Positions 19,631 through 30,278 are shown, counted from the first letter of the stretch. The stretch is DNA of 64,000 nt from Ignavibacteria bacterium (GCA_030835085.1 JAUQWQ010000011.1:2312-66311); one strand, 5' to 3'. The notes: generated by a model not told the origin, from the letters alone. Program-made: numbers and translations.

Positions 19631-22588
19631 TTACTTCAGCATCTTCTTCAAAAATCCCGCAGTAAATGAATTTTTACTCTTCGCCACTTCCTCGGGGGTT
19701 CCCTTTGCTATAACCTCGCCGCCTTTGTTGCCGCTATCGGGTCCGATATCAATTACGTAATCAGCGCACTTTATTACTTCCAGGTTATGCTCAACAACTA
19801 CTACTGAATTCCCCTTGGCAATAAGCTCATTAAAACATTTCAGCAACTTTGATATATCATACAAATGCAGACCTGTTGTAGGTTCATCAAAAATAAACAG
19901 CGTCTTCTCCCCTGCTGTCTGGAATGACAGGTGGAATGCAAGCTTTATTCTCTGCGCCTCGCCGCCTGAAAGCGTTGTGGCTGATTGCCCAAGCCTTAAA
20001 TAACCGAGACCCACTTCATCAAGTATCTTCAGCTTCGCAGTTATGCGGGGGTAATCCTTAAAGAATGCAATTGCTTCAGTTATGCTTAATTGAAGTACAT
20101 CACTTATATTTTTTCCTTTGTATTCAGCTTCAAGAATCTCACTTTTATATCGCTTGCCTTTGCATACATCGCACTCAAGATAGATATCAGCCATGAACTG
20201 CATCGCAATTTTTATTACTCCTGAGCCCTCGCATGTTTCACACCTTCCGCCCGGCACATTGAAGGAGAAATTTCCGGCTGAAAATCCCCGGAGCTTGCTT
20301 GCAGGCAGGCTGCCGTACACATCGCGGATAAGATCGAATATTTTCATGTATGTAACCGGATTTGAGCGCGGTGACCTGCCAATGGGTGTCTGGTCAACAA
20401 GCTCAATTGCATTTACGTGCTGGTGTCCCGTGATTTCACGATACTGTCCTATCTTTTCGTTGTATATGCCTTCGAGGCGTTTTTTGATAGCCCCATAGAG
20501 TATATCGCTGATTAAAGTAGATTTTCCTGAGCCGCTGACGCCGGTTATACAGACAAAAATTCCCAACGGAATATCAACATTAAGGTCCTTTAAATTATTT
20601 TCAGATGCGCCGCGGATGGATATTACGTGACCGTTCACAGCCCGTCTTCTCGCTGGCAGATCAATTTTCATTTTGCCAGTCAGATATTTTGCGGTTAGCG
20701 AATCCTTTGATTTAGCAATATCTTTGATATCACCTGCAAATACAACTTCACCGCCAAACTCACCCGCCTTTGGACCGATATCAATCATATAATCACTGGC
20801 ATTTATCATATCAGGGTCATGCTCAACTACTATTACTGAATTCCCTATATCACGAAGTGATTTGAGTATTTTTATCAGCCTGTCATTATCGCGAGGATGC
20901 AGTCCCACGCTTGGCTCATCAAGTACATAAATTGAGCCGACCAATGATGACCCAAGCGATGTTGCAAGATTTATCCTCTGGCTCTCGCCTCCGGAAAGCG
21001 TACTTGTAAGCCTGTCAATAGTAAGGTAACCAAGCCCGACTTCATATAGATATTTTAAACGGTTTCGTATTTCTTCAAGTATTCTTCCTGCAATTTCCTG
21101 CTGCATTTTATCAAGCTTCACTTCATTAAAGAAATAGTACAATTCTTCAATGCTGCTTTGTACAAGGTCTTTAATTGTCTTGCCGGCTACCTTAACATAC
21201 AATGCTTCTTTTCGCAGCCTTGAGCCTTCACACTCCGTACACTTTGTGTACGCGCGGTAACGGCTGAGCAAAACGCGGTAGTGTATTTTATACGCAGCTT
21301 CGCGTTCAACCATCCTGAAGAATTTATTTACTCCAAGATACTCACCAATTCCTTTATAAACCTTTTCAACTTCTTCTTTGGAGAGGTCCTTAAACGGAAC
21401 GTGAACTCTAACATTATTTTTTTTACCCTCAAAGATAAGATCGCTCAGATGTTTGCTGTGTTTTGGGGTCGAAAAGGGATGTATCGCATTCTGGAAAATA
21501 GATTTGTTCCTATCGGGTACAATTAAGTTCTCATCAATATCAATAGTTTCACCAAATCCCTGGCATTTAGGGCATGCACCTATTGGATTATTGAAAGAAA
21601 ACATCAGCGGTTCCGGTTCTTCAAACCTTATGCCATCAGCTTCAAGGTGCAGATTAAATGGAGTTAACTCAAATTCCCCTTTAGTTTGGGGAATTTTCTC
21701 CCCCTCTCCTTTTAGGAGAGGGGGCTGGGGGGTGAGGTTGCTTTCTGTCATCACATACAAATAACCATCCCCTTCAACATAAGCCTGCTCAAGTGAGCCT
21801 GCGATGCGCTGGACCTGTTCCTCATCAGTTTTATTTAAAGCAAGCCTATCAACAACAACTTTTATATCGGCAAGTTTAATTTTCTTTTCATCATATCCCT
21901 GGTTCAGCTCAATAATTTTCTTACCGTCAAATATTCTTATGAACCCTTTTTGAATCAGGTTCTCTATTTCCTGCTTAACTGATTTTTTTTCGTGCGTATG
22001 CACAGGAAAGAGAATATAGAGCCTAGTCTTCTCTTCAAGGGTATTTATGTACTTCAGTATACCTTCAATTGTATCGCGCTGTACTTCTTTACCGCTAACT
22101 GGACTGTATGTTTTTCCCGCCCGCGAAAACAATAACCGCAGGTAATCATAAATTTCGGTGGAAGTGCCAACTGTACTTCTTGGATTGCGTGTTGTGGTTT
22201 TAACTTCTATAGCCATTGATGGCGCAAGCCCGGTAATAGAATCAACATCGGGCTTATTTATCCTTTCAAGGAACTGTCTTGCATAGGATGACATGCTTTC
22301 AATATACCTCCGCTGCCCTTCGGCATAAATGGTATCGAATACAAGGGAAGTTTTGCCTGAACCGCTGAGTCCGGTTACAACTACAAACTTATTATGCGGT
22401 ATATCAACACTTATGTTTTTGAGATTATTTACACGCGCCCCTTTGACGGAGATAAATTCCCTGTTTAAATTATTTCCCGGCTCCGCTTTAAGGGATTTTG
22501 AGCGTGATGTTTTGCGGAGGGTCCCTTTGGTTTTGGGTGTTTTACTTTTGGTATCGGAACTTACTTTTATTACGGCTTTTTTTGGCAT
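19631..22588 (-). CDS. uvrA: Excinuclease ABC subunit A
   Basis: Two ABC ATPase modules ([36 protein letters not shown]) and zinc-finger motifs ([16 protein letters not shown]). Carries a Lys-rich N-terminal extension and an in-frame GC-rich insertion. Confidence 0.95.
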   Translation of the reverse strand: MPKKAVIKVSSDTKSKTPKTKGTLRKTSRSKSLKAEPGNNLNREFISVKGARVNNLKNISVDIPHNKFVVVTGLSGSGKTSLVFDTIYAEGQRRYIESMSSYARQFLERINKPDVDSITGLAPSMAIEVKTTTRNPRSTVGTSTEIYDYLRLLFSRAGKTYSPVSGKEVQRDTIEGILKYINTLEEKTRLYILFPVHTHEKKSVKQEIENLIQKGFIRIFDGKKIIELNQGYDEKKIKLADIKVVVDRLALNKTDEEQVQRIAGSLEQAYVEGDGYLYVMTESNLTPQPPLLKGEGEKIPQTKGEFELTPFNLHLEADGIRFEEPEPLMFSFNNPIGACPKCQGFGETIDIDENLIVPDRNKSIFQNAIHPFSTPKHSKHLSDLIFEGKKNNVRVHVPFKDLSKEEVEKVYKGIGEYLGVNKFFRMVEREAAYKIHYRVLLSRYRAYTKCTECEGSRLRKEALYVKVAGKTIKDLVQSSIEELYYFFNEVKLDKMQQEIAGRILEEIRNRLKYLYEVGLGYLTIDRLTSTLSGGESQRINLATSLGSSLVGSIYVLDEPSVGLHPRDNDRLIKILKSLRDIGNSVIVVEHDPDMINASDYMIDIGPKAGEFGGEVVFAGDIKDIAKSKDSLTAKYLTGKMKIDLPARRRAVNGHVISIRGASENNLKDLNVDIPLGIFVCITGVSGSGKSTLISDILYGAIKKRLEGIYNEKIGQYREITGHQHVNAIELVDQTPIGRSPRSNPVTYMKIFDLIRDVYGSLPASKLRGFSAGNFSFNVPGGRCETCEGSGVIKIAMQFMADIYLECDVCKGKRYKSEILEAEYKGKNISDVLQLSITEAIAFFKDYPRITAKLKILDEVGLGYLRLGQSATTLSGGEAQRIKLAFHLSFQTAGEKTLFIFDEPTTGLHLYDISKLLKCFNELIAKGNSVVVVEHNLEVIKCADYVIDIGPDSGNKGGEVIAKGTPEEVAKSKNSFTAGFLKKMLK
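21698..21739 (-). repeat. GC-rich 42-nt block with a perfect 10-bp inverted repeat, in frame inside uvrA
   Basis: Plus-strand stem ccccctctcc (21700-21709) / ggagaggggg (21715-21724) with a 5-nt loop, followed by ctggggggtgagg. Encodes [14 protein letters not shown]. Composition differs sharply from the surrounding AT-rich coding sequence. Confidence 0.6.
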
Positions 22589-22832
22589 TCAGAAATGATT
22601 TAACTACAAAAATCGGCATAATATTGGATATATAAAATGAATAAAATGAGTTCAGAGGGTGAAGTAGATCAATTTTAACTGTTTAAAGGAATTGAAAGGA
22701 AATTTATTAATTTTGATAAATAACCAAAAATCTCTAAATTTCTCAAAAATTTCAATTTAGCCCCGTTTTTTCCTGCCTTGAAAATTAATTCCCAAAAAGC
22801 TATATTAATAGCTAAAATCTAACCATAATTTA

Positions 22833-23270
22833 ATGAGCGCAAAAGCACACAAGTATTACGAAACGACTTTTATAGTTGACTCGATATTCGAAGATGAAAG
22901 AGTTGATTCAATAGTCAACAAATATGCAAACTTCTTCAAAAAAAATGAAGGTGAAGTATTAAAAACAGAAAAATGGGGCAGAAGGAAACTTGCTTATCCA
23001 ATTAAGAATAAGCCGACTGGTTCATATGTTTCCATAGAATTCACAGCTGATCCATCCGTTATAGCAAAGCTTGAAAGAGCATACCACCTGGATGATGATA
23101 TACTCAGATTTTTGACGGTTTCTTTTGACAAAAAAACTCTTGACGAGCGCAATGCGTATCTCGTTAAAAAAGAGCAGATAATGAAAGAAAGAGAAGCTGC
23201 AGCTCAGCAATTACAGCAGCAGCAGTCAGCCGAAGCAGATACGGTTGCAGAAGCTAAGACCACTGAATAA
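22833..23270 (+). CDS. rpsF: 30S ribosomal protein S6
   Basis: YETTFIVDS...WGRRKLAYPI signature. Gln/Ala-rich acidic C-terminal tail. Confidence 0.9.
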   Translation: MSAKAHKYYETTFIVDSIFEDERVDSIVNKYANFFKKNEGEVLKTEKWGRRKLAYPIKNKPTGSYVSIEFTADPSVIAKLERAYHLDDDILRFLTVSFDKKTLDERNAYLVKKEQIMKEREAAAQQLQQQQSAEADTVAEAKTTE

Positions 23271-23318
23271 ACAAGTTTAGTCAACAATTAACATTTAACC
23301 GAAACCATCGGAGGAACA

Positions 23319-23783
23319 ATGGCTGATTTAAAGATGCCCGAACTAAATTCGGTAATTATTGCAGGGAACCTTACAAAAGACCCAATATACAGACAGACCA
23401 CAAATGGTACACCCGTTGTAAACTTTTCAGTTGCTTCCAACAGAAGATACCGTGACAGCAAAGACGAATGGCAGGAGGATGTTTGCTACGTTGGAGTTGT
23501 TGCATGGAATAAGCTTGCAGAAAGCTGCAGAGATAAGCTTAAAAAAGGCAACGCCTGCCTGGTTGAAGGCGAACTTCAGTCGAGGACATTTAAGACTGAA
23601 AAAGGCGACAGCAAAACCATTGTTGAAATAAAGGCCAGAAGGATCCAGTTCCTGAATAAAAAAGGATCCGGCTCAGGTGAGCATCATGATGAACCAACTG
23701 CATTTGAAGATGATTCATTTGAAAAGCATTTATCACCTGAAGATACAGCGTTACTGGGCGATGCTACAGCGCCGACTATTTAA
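23319..23783 (+). CDS. ssb: Single-stranded DNA-binding protein (OB fold), atypical C-terminus
   Basis: N-terminal LNSVIIAGNLTKDPIYRQTTNGTPVVNFSVASNRRY...VVAWNKLAE matches the SSB OB fold. The C-terminus ends ...GDATAPTI rather than an acidic D-D-D-(I/L)-P-F tip. Confidence 0.75.
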   Translation: MADLKMPELNSVIIAGNLTKDPIYRQTTNGTPVVNFSVASNRRYRDSKDEWQEDVCYVGVVAWNKLAESCRDKLKKGNACLVEGELQSRTFKTEKGDSKTIVEIKARRIQFLNKKGSGSGEHHDEPTAFEDDSFEKHLSPEDTALLGDATAPTI

Positions 23784-23798
23784 GAATTTATAAACAAA

Positions 23799-23828
23799 GC
23801 AGGCTGGAACTTTCAGCCTGCATTTTTT
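23799..23828 (+). terminator. Intrinsic terminator/attenuator between ssb and rplI
   Basis: 8-bp stem gcaggctg/cagcctgc with a 7-nt loop, followed by a T6 run. Confidence 0.65.
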
Positions 23829-23843
23829 CCTGATATATACCAA

Positions 23844-24293
23844 ATGAAAATAATACTAAAACAAGATCACGACAATTTAGGTAAAACCGGTGAAGTAGTT
23901 AATGTAAAAGACGGCTTTGCAATGAATTACCTTATCCCGAACGGTGTTGCTATGAAAGCAAATACCAGCAACATGAAAGTCCTGGACGAGATAAAAAAAC
24001 AGCAGGCTAAAAAGCTTGAAAAAGTTATCGCTGAATCACAGAAACTTGCAGGCGAGCTCTCAGGTGTACAGCTTGAAATAAAGGCAAAAGCAGCCGATGA
24101 TATTAAGCTTTTCGGTTCAGTAACCAATGGCACCATCGCTGAAGCACTTATTCATAAAGGATACACTATAGATAAAAGAAACATATTGCTGGAGGAGCCT
24201 ATTAAAGAAATAGGTTCAAGAACCGTTGATATAAAGCTTGCAGGAAACGTTATGGCACAAATAAACGTTTCAGTTGTAAAAGACGAAGCTTAA
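23844..24293 (+). CDS. rplI: 50S ribosomal protein L9
   Basis: MKIILKQDHDNLGKTGEVVNVKDGFAMNYLIPNGVA is the canonical L9 N-domain. Confidence 0.9.
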   Translation: MKIILKQDHDNLGKTGEVVNVKDGFAMNYLIPNGVAMKANTSNMKVLDEIKKQQAKKLEKVIAESQKLAGELSGVQLEIKAKAADDIKLFGSVTNGTIAEALIHKGYTIDKRNILLEEPIKEIGSRTVDIKLAGNVMAQINVSVVKDEA

Positions 24294-24373
24294 ATTGTAT
24301 TACAAGCCCGGCTTTTTAAGATCCGGGCTGCGATTCACAGCTCAATCGTTTCTTTAGGAGCAAAAAACAAATA

Positions 24374-26206
24374 ATGGAAAAAACCGTTGAGGTTTTAAAA
24401 AGCGCGACCGTAAGGTTCGCGGGAGACTCCGGCGACGGAATGCAGATCGTCGGATCGAGATTCACGGAAACATCTGCTTTTTTTGGCAACGACCTAAGTA
24501 CTTTCCCTGACTATCCTGCGGAGATACGAGCACCTGCAGGTACTTTATTCGGTGTAAGCGGTTTTCAGATCCAGTTTTCAAGCCAGGATGTTTATTCACC
24601 CGGCGATGAACCTGATGTACTTGTTGCCATGAACCCGGCTGCGTTAAAGGTCAATTTAAAGGACCTTAAACAGCACGGAACTATTATTGCAAATGAAGAC
24701 GCGTTCATTGAAAAAAATCTGAATCTCGCCGGCTATAAAACAAACCCCCTTGAAGACGGATCACTTGCCGGCTACAAATTAATTAAAGTTCCGGTTACCA
24801 GGGCAACCAATAATGCAGTTAAGGATCTTGGTTTAACAGCCAAAGACGCTAACCGCTGCAAAAATTTCTACGCACTTGGTATCACATACTGGTTATATGA
24901 CAGGCCGCTGGATATTACTATGCACTGGCTTGAGAGCAAATTCAGTAAAAATCCGGTTATCGCTGAAGCAAATATCAAAGCTTTAAAAGCTGGTTATTAC
25001 TTCGGTGAAACTGCTGAGATATTTACAACAAGATATAAAGTAGCCCCTGCAAAATTGCCTAAAGGCATTTACAGAAATATTACAGGCAATCATGCCGCGG
25101 CTTTGGGAATACTGGCTGCATCGCTTAAAAGCGGTTTGCCGCTCTTCCTCGGGTCATATCCAATCACTCCTGCCAGTGATATTCTTCATGATCTTTCAAG
25201 CTTTAAAAATTTCGGTGTGAAGACATTCCAGGCTGAAGATGAAATTGCCGCTGTTTGCGCGGCTATCGGAGCGGCTTTTGGCGGCTCGCTTGCATTCACA
25301 AGCACTAGCGGACCCGGAATGGCTTTAAAGCAGGAAGCTATTGGTCTGGCTGTAATGGTTGAGCTTCCTTTGGTTATCGCAAATATTCAAAGAGGCGGAC
25401 CTTCAACTGGTTTACCTACCAAAACTGAACAGGCTGATCTTTTCCAGGCAATACTCGGAAGGAACGGCGAGTGTCCATTACCTGTAGTTGCTGCATCATC
25501 TCCGGCTGATTGCTTTATGATGATGTTTGAAGCTGCACGTATAGCATGTAAATTCATGACACCGGTTATATTCCTTTCAGACGGATACCTCGCAAACGGC
25601 GCTGAGCCGTGGAGAATTCCGCATGAAACTGAATTACCTGTAATTGAAGGTGATTTCAGGACAGAAAAAGAAGGTTATTTCCCGTATATGAGAGATGAAT
25701 TCCTCGCACGTCCATGGGTAAAACCCGGAACACCGGGAATGGAGCACCGTATTGGCGGTCTTGAAAAACAACATATCACAGGTAATGTAAGTTATGATAC
25801 AGCTAACCATGAATTTATGGTGAAGTTAAGAGCTGAAAAAGTTAAGAATATCGAAAATTATATTCCGCTGGCAGAAATTGACGGTGACCCCGAGGGTGAA
25901 CTGCTGATTATCGGCTGGGGAAGCACTTACGGCTCAATTACATCAGCCCGTGAAAGGCTTCTTGCAAAAGGTTATAAAGTATCAAGAGTACACCTTAAAT
26001 ATCTTAACCCAATGCCGAAAAATCTTGGTGATATTCTGAAAAGATTTAAGAAAGTGCTTGTACCTGAATTGAACCTGGGGCAGTTAAGTATGCTGCTTAG
26101 AGCAAACTACCTTAAAGATGTAATAGGATTCAATAAAGTTCAGGGTCTGCCTTTTAAAGCAAGTGAAATTGAGAAAAAAGTTATAGAATTGTTAACTGAA
26201 AAATAA
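24374..26206 (+). CDS. korA: 2-oxoacid:ferredoxin oxidoreductase, large (fused gamma-alpha) subunit, KorA-type
   Basis: 610 aa, collinear with two-subunit KorAB-type OFOR alpha subunits ([10 protein letters not shown]..., [11 protein letters not shown]). The beta subunit follows directly. 2-oxoglutarate specificity is not proven. Confidence 0.8.
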   Translation: MEKTVEVLKSATVRFAGDSGDGMQIVGSRFTETSAFFGNDLSTFPDYPAEIRAPAGTLFGVSGFQIQFSSQDVYSPGDEPDVLVAMNPAALKVNLKDLKQHGTIIANEDAFIEKNLNLAGYKTNPLEDGSLAGYKLIKVPVTRATNNAVKDLGLTAKDANRCKNFYALGITYWLYDRPLDITMHWLESKFSKNPVIAEANIKALKAGYYFGETAEIFTTRYKVAPAKLPKGIYRNITGNHAAALGILAASLKSGLPLFLGSYPITPASDILHDLSSFKNFGVKTFQAEDEIAAVCAAIGAAFGGSLAFTSTSGPGMALKQEAIGLAVMVELPLVIANIQRGGPSTGLPTKTEQADLFQAILGRNGECPLPVVAASSPADCFMMMFEAARIACKFMTPVIFLSDGYLANGAEPWRIPHETELPVIEGDFRTEKEGYFPYMRDEFLARPWVKPGTPGMEHRIGGLEKQHITGNVSYDTANHEFMVKLRAEKVKNIENYIPLAEIDGDPEGELLIIGWGSTYGSITSARERLLAKGYKVSRVHLKYLNPMPKNLGDILKRFKKVLVPELNLGQLSMLLRANYLKDVIGFNKVQGLPFKASEIEKKVIELLTEK

Positions 26207-26207
26207 T

Positions 26208-27257
26208 ATGGAAACAGAAACAACTACAAACGGTACAATTGAAGGCGCGGCGAAGCCTAAGTTAACTGCTAAAGATTTCGCTTCAGACCAGGATGTAAGA
26301 TGGTGCCCGGGCTGCGGAGATTACTCTATCCTCGCACAGGTGCAGCGTGTTATGCCTTCTTTCAATTTACCAAAGGAAAAAACGGTGTTTGTTGCAGGTA
26401 TAGGATGCTCAAGCCGTTTCCCCTACTACATGGATACTTACGGTTTCCATGGAATACACGGAAGAGCTTCATCTATAGCTTCAGGGTTGAAAATGGCAAG
26501 ACCTGACCTTGATGTATGGGTAACTTCAGGTGATGGTGACCTGTTAAGCATAGGCGGAAATCACTTTATCCATACTTTAAGAAGGAATCTTGATATTGTT
26601 ATACTGATGTTCAATAATAAAATATACGGTTTAACAAAAGGTCAGTATTCCCCTACTTCTGAACACGGTAAGATAACCAAATCATCTCCGTTCGGAACAC
26701 TGGAAGAACCGTTCAATCCTTTAACGCTTGCATTGGGTTCAGGAGGATCATTTGTCGCAAGATCAATGGACCGTGACCCGAAACATATGCAGGATACTAT
26801 TTCAAAAGGCAAAGGACATAATGGAACTGCTTTCATTGAGATATTCCAGAACTGTAATATTTATAATGACGGCGCACATGAATTGTATACGGAAAAAGAT
26901 ACCAAGCCGGACCATACTTTGTTTGTTGAAAACGGAAAACCGCTGTTATTCGGAGCTAAGAAAGATAAGGGAATAAAGTTAAACGGATTCAGACCTGAAA
27001 TTATTAATATTAATGAAGGCAATAATTCGGTAAATGATGTTATAGTATATGATGAAACATCGAAGGAGCTTGCGATGATAGTTGCTCAGCTTTCTGATTT
27101 TAATGATTATCCGGTACCATTTGGTGTTTTATATAAGGTTCAGAAACCAGTTTATGAAGCACAGATGGAAGAACAGATTGAAGACTCCATTGAACAACTT
27201 GGAAAAGGCAGCCTGGAAAAACTGCTTTTTGCAGGCAATACATGGGAAATTAAGTAG
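26208..27257 (+). CDS. korB: 2-oxoacid:ferredoxin oxidoreductase, beta (TPP-binding) subunit, KorB-type
   Basis: WCPGCGDYSIL cysteine motif and SGDGDLLSIGGNH TPP motif. Starts 1 nt after the korA stop. Confidence 0.8.
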   Translation: METETTTNGTIEGAAKPKLTAKDFASDQDVRWCPGCGDYSILAQVQRVMPSFNLPKEKTVFVAGIGCSSRFPYYMDTYGFHGIHGRASSIASGLKMARPDLDVWVTSGDGDLLSIGGNHFIHTLRRNLDIVILMFNNKIYGLTKGQYSPTSEHGKITKSSPFGTLEEPFNPLTLALGSGGSFVARSMDRDPKHMQDTISKGKGHNGTAFIEIFQNCNIYNDGAHELYTEKDTKPDHTLFVENGKPLLFGAKKDKGIKLNGFRPEIININEGNNSVNDVIVYDETSKELAMIVAQLSDFNDYPVPFGVLYKVQKPVYEAQMEEQIEDSIEQLGKGSLEKLLFAGNTWEIK

Positions 27258-27295
27258 GTAAAAGTTGTAAGTTACAGGTTTCATGTCACAGGTTT

Positions 27296-27322
27296 AAAGG
27301 CATTCTTTTGGATGCCTTTTTT
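27296..27322 (+). terminator. Intrinsic terminator after korB
   Basis: Stem aaaggcat/atgccttt followed by a T-run. Confidence 0.65.
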
Positions 27323-27375
27323 ATATCCTTACACACTTTTTTTTCTCTAATTAGAACAAAGCAAAACAATTAAAA

Positions 27376-27409
27376 CAAAAAAGCCATTCAGTTATCTGAA
27401 TGGCTTTTG
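27376..27409. terminator. Bidirectional terminator, 3' of the minus-strand sigma operon
   Basis: 11-bp stem aagccattcag/ctgaatggctt with loop ttat, flanked by A- and T-runs. Confidence 0.65.
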
Positions 27410-27426
27410 AAGTTAGTTTTAAATTA

Positions 27427-27906
27427 TTATTTCACCTGCATGCTTTGCTTCATCTTTCCTCTTAAGAAGAGACGCTCCCCAACAAGGTAGATTACAGCTA
27501 CGAGTATTACAACTAGGATTATATTAATTGAGCTTGAACTCAGGGAGAGACCAAAGAATGAGAGCACGTTGGTAAAGAATCCCTGTATATAATAAAACAT
27601 AGTTTCAAGCCAGGTGTTTGAGCGCTGCATTGTATCAAAGGCTACGCCGGTTGTTTCATCGGTGTTAACTCCGGCAGATTTTGACATTAAACCAATTGCG
27701 AAAGTGAAAGCGAGCATCATGAAGCTGAAAGAACCGATGATATACTTCACCACACGGTCGCTTTTCTTTTCTTCCATTAACGCCTTATTTTCGGCGGTGA
27801 TGCGCTTCATCAGGTGCGATGTAAAATCACCTGATGATGTGCTGAGCCTGCTCTTGCGCAGCTTCGCATCAATTATTTCATCTATGTATTTATTTTTTTC
27901 TCTCAT
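27427..27906 (-). CDS. Membrane protein, candidate anti-sigma factor
   Basis: 159 aa, cytoplasmic charged N-terminus followed by hydrophobic helices. Sits 23 nt downstream of the sigma-factor gene. Assignment rests on position only. Confidence 0.4.
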   Translation of the reverse strand: MREKNKYIDEIIDAKLRKSRLSTSSGDFTSHLMKRITAENKALMEEKKSDRVVKYIIGSFSFMMLAFTFAIGLMSKSAGVNTDETTGVAFDTMQRSNTWLETMFYYIQGFFTNVLSFFGLSLSSSSINIILVVILVAVIYLVGERLFLRGKMKQSMQVK

Positions 27907-27929
27907 TGTAAATCTCTTTTAAACTTTTT

Positions 27930-28631
27930 TTATATCAGCTCCAGAATTTCGGTTTCTGAATATTTTTTCATTAATACTTCCTTCAATTTGTCTTTTGCCC
28001 TGAATATGCGGTTCTTGACAGTTCCCAAAGGAAGTTTCAAAGTTTCGGCAATTTCTTCGTGTGAAAGATCATTGATATAGAACAGAGTTAAAATTGTCGA
28101 ATACTTCTCGGGAATTTCTTCAAGATACCTGTTCACAACTTCCTGCATCTGGTTATCAAGCGTCATTCTGTCAGTATCATAAACGCCGCTCATCTGGTAT
28201 TTATCCCTGTCAATTGACATTTCAAAGCTGTTTATATCGGTTACTTCGCCATCATCGTTCTTCTTTGTATCATCAATATTTATCAGGTTAAACGTTTTTG
28301 CTTTATGCTTCTTGTAGAAATCAATTGCCGTGTTGTAAACTATCCTGTAAAAATAAGTTGAAAACTTGGACCTTTCTTCGAACTGCTTATCGGCAATAGC
28401 CCTGAAGGTTTTTATGAAAGCTTCCTGAAGCGCGTCTTCAGCATCCTCGGAGTTCTTCAGAATTCTCATAGCAAGTGTCATAGCTCTATCCTTATACCTG
28501 TTGACGATCTCTTCGAACTCATCGATCTTCCCAGCCTGGATCTTCTTGATTATATTCAGTTCCAGATCATTCATGCATGATTCTACCTGCTGTTTTGACA
28601 CCGGTTTCTTATTTTCACTAAATATAAACAA
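27930..28631 (-). CDS. Sigma-70 family (ECF-type) RNA polymerase sigma factor with a long region 2-4 linker
   Basis: Region 2: DAEDALQEAFIKTFRAI...YFYRIVYNTAID. Region 4: LSHEEIAETLKLPLGTVKNRIFRAKDKLKE. About 60 aa of acidic insertion lie between them. Confidence 0.8.
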   Translation of the reverse strand: MFIFSENKKPVSKQQVESCMNDLELNIIKKIQAGKIDEFEEIVNRYKDRAMTLAMRILKNSEDAEDALQEAFIKTFRAIADKQFEERSKFSTYFYRIVYNTAIDFYKKHKAKTFNLINIDDTKKNDDGEVTDINSFEMSIDRDKYQMSGVYDTDRMTLDNQMQEVVNRYLEEIPEKYSTILTLFYINDLSHEEIAETLKLPLGTVKNRIFRAKDKLKEVLMKKYSETEILELI

Positions 28632-28670
28632 AAATGTTTTAACTTATTAATTATTAACTGTTAGATACCG

Positions 28671-29657
28671 TTATTTTTTGGTAGAATCAGCATTTTTAGG
28701 CGCTTTAGGCAGATCCTTTTCAGTATTCTTACCGGTATCAGTACGTTTATCACCGGTTGCATCCTTTTCTTCTTTTTCAGTATCGTTCTCTATATCTATT
28801 GAAGGACCTTCAATATCATCAAAATCGATCTTAAACTCAAACGAGTCATCCTTTTTAGGCAGTATCTTGGAGGCATCCAAAGAGATACTTCCGTTTGTGC
28901 TTTCAACCCTTATTGGATTTCCGCCCTTGCCAAGAATGCCGCTTAAAGTTCTCTTTTCAGAATTAACATCCGTAAAAGTAAGATTTTTGAACTTTACCCT
29001 GCCATGCACTGTTGAAGCATTTACATCTGCATCAACATCTTTAAGTCCGCCAATTTTTACATCACCGTTTACTATGCTTATGTTAATGCCTGCTGTCATT
29101 GAATCGACATTACAGAGAATTGAACCGTTTACACCTTCAACATCTACTTTACCCTGGCAGTTAAAGATATTAACTTTACCGTTCACTGTTTCTGCTTTTA
29201 CATCACCGGATATCCTTGTAATGGTTGTAGTGCCATTCACGGTTTCAGTATATACCCTCATGTTTGCGGGAATCTTGATATCATAATTAACTTCAGCATT
29301 ATTACTCTTTCTGAACATACCTGAGCTGGAGTTGTTTATTTCCGTTTCGATCTTAATAACATCCCCTGTTGAATCTATGTTTATCTTAACATTTTCGATC
29401 TGCTTATCCTGTTCATTGTGCTTAACATCTGCAACTATTTCGGCATCGATCTTTATTATACCTGTTGTATCATTACTGTTTGAAACATTTATCCTGCCGT
29501 TGATATTTTCGATGTGAATTGAAGTTTTTCCGTTACCACTTAAGGTATACTTTACGTTCTCCTTCTTTTCAACCCTTTTCTTCAGCAGGCTGCAGCCGTT
29601 AAACCCGATAAGCATCGCGCCCATGACTGCAGCTATTATTATATTTTTCAAGTTCAT
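28671..29657 (-). CDS. DUF4097-like beta-strand repeat lipoprotein (LiaG/YvlB-like putative adhesin)
   Basis: Lipobox LIGFNGCS. Repeated (T/G)VNG(S/T/K)(I/V) units. Charged K/D/E-rich C-terminal tail. Confidence 0.65.
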   Translation of the reverse strand: MNLKNIIIAAVMGAMLIGFNGCSLLKKRVEKKENVKYTLSGNGKTSIHIENINGRINVSNSNDTTGIIKIDAEIVADVKHNEQDKQIENVKINIDSTGDVIKIETEINNSSSGMFRKSNNAEVNYDIKIPANMRVYTETVNGTTTITRISGDVKAETVNGKVNIFNCQGKVDVEGVNGSILCNVDSMTAGINISIVNGDVKIGGLKDVDADVNASTVHGRVKFKNLTFTDVNSEKRTLSGILGKGGNPIRVESTNGSISLDASKILPKKDDSFEFKIDFDDIEGPSIDIENDTEKEEKDATGDKRTDTGKNTEKDLPKAPKNADSTKK

Positions 29658-29701
29658 TTTGTGTTTGAATTAAGTGTGTTTATAATATGCTCAAATTCGG
29701 T

Positions 29702-30103
29702 TTATGAATTCTGATTTGAGCTCTGCTGGATCTGTGCATCTTTCTTGAGTTTGGAGTTTGCTATGAAGTAATATATTATGAATCCCAAACCGCCAAACAA
29801 AAGTACCATCACACCTGAGAGTGAATCTTTGAATCCGGCTTCATCAAGCAGGATACCGAAGAATAAACCAATACCTATCATTGATAGAAGGATACCCCAT
29901 TTTAGTGAACTGAGCGGATTTTTTGGTCTTCTTTCCTTTTCGCGGAAGTAATCTCTGGCTTCCTGCGGGGTTAGGCCCATATCCATCAGTTTTGTGCGTT
30001 CTTTATGTTTGATATACAAATACCAGAAGATTAGCGCACCGGGGATACCAAAAGTGAATATTATTGCGATTATCGGGATAAATGCTTCTGCTACACTGTT
30101 CAT
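29702..30103 (-). CDS. Small multi-pass membrane protein (DUF6249-like)
   Basis: 133 aa. The TM helix IPIIAIIFTFGIPGALIFWYLYI is followed by KHKERTKLMDMGLTPQE and two more helices. First gene of the sigma operon. Confidence 0.45.
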   Translation of the reverse strand: MNSVAEAFIPIIAIIFTFGIPGALIFWYLYIKHKERTKLMDMGLTPQEARDYFREKERRPKNPLSSLKWGILLSMIGIGLFFGILLDEAGFKDSLSGVMVLLFGGLGFIIYYFIANSKLKKDAQIQQSSNQNS

Positions 30104-30278
30104 TTTATTATGCTCCTTTGAAGTGCCAATCCCCTTTTTAGGAGAATTTTGGCGTTTTTATATTATTTTTTACGTTTTTCCTCATATAGATATCTGTTTA
30201 TTAAGACTTGAGCTATGGGGTAAAGGTTGCAAATTTTTCACTGAAAAACGGGCTACAATTGGTAAAATTTGATTATTT

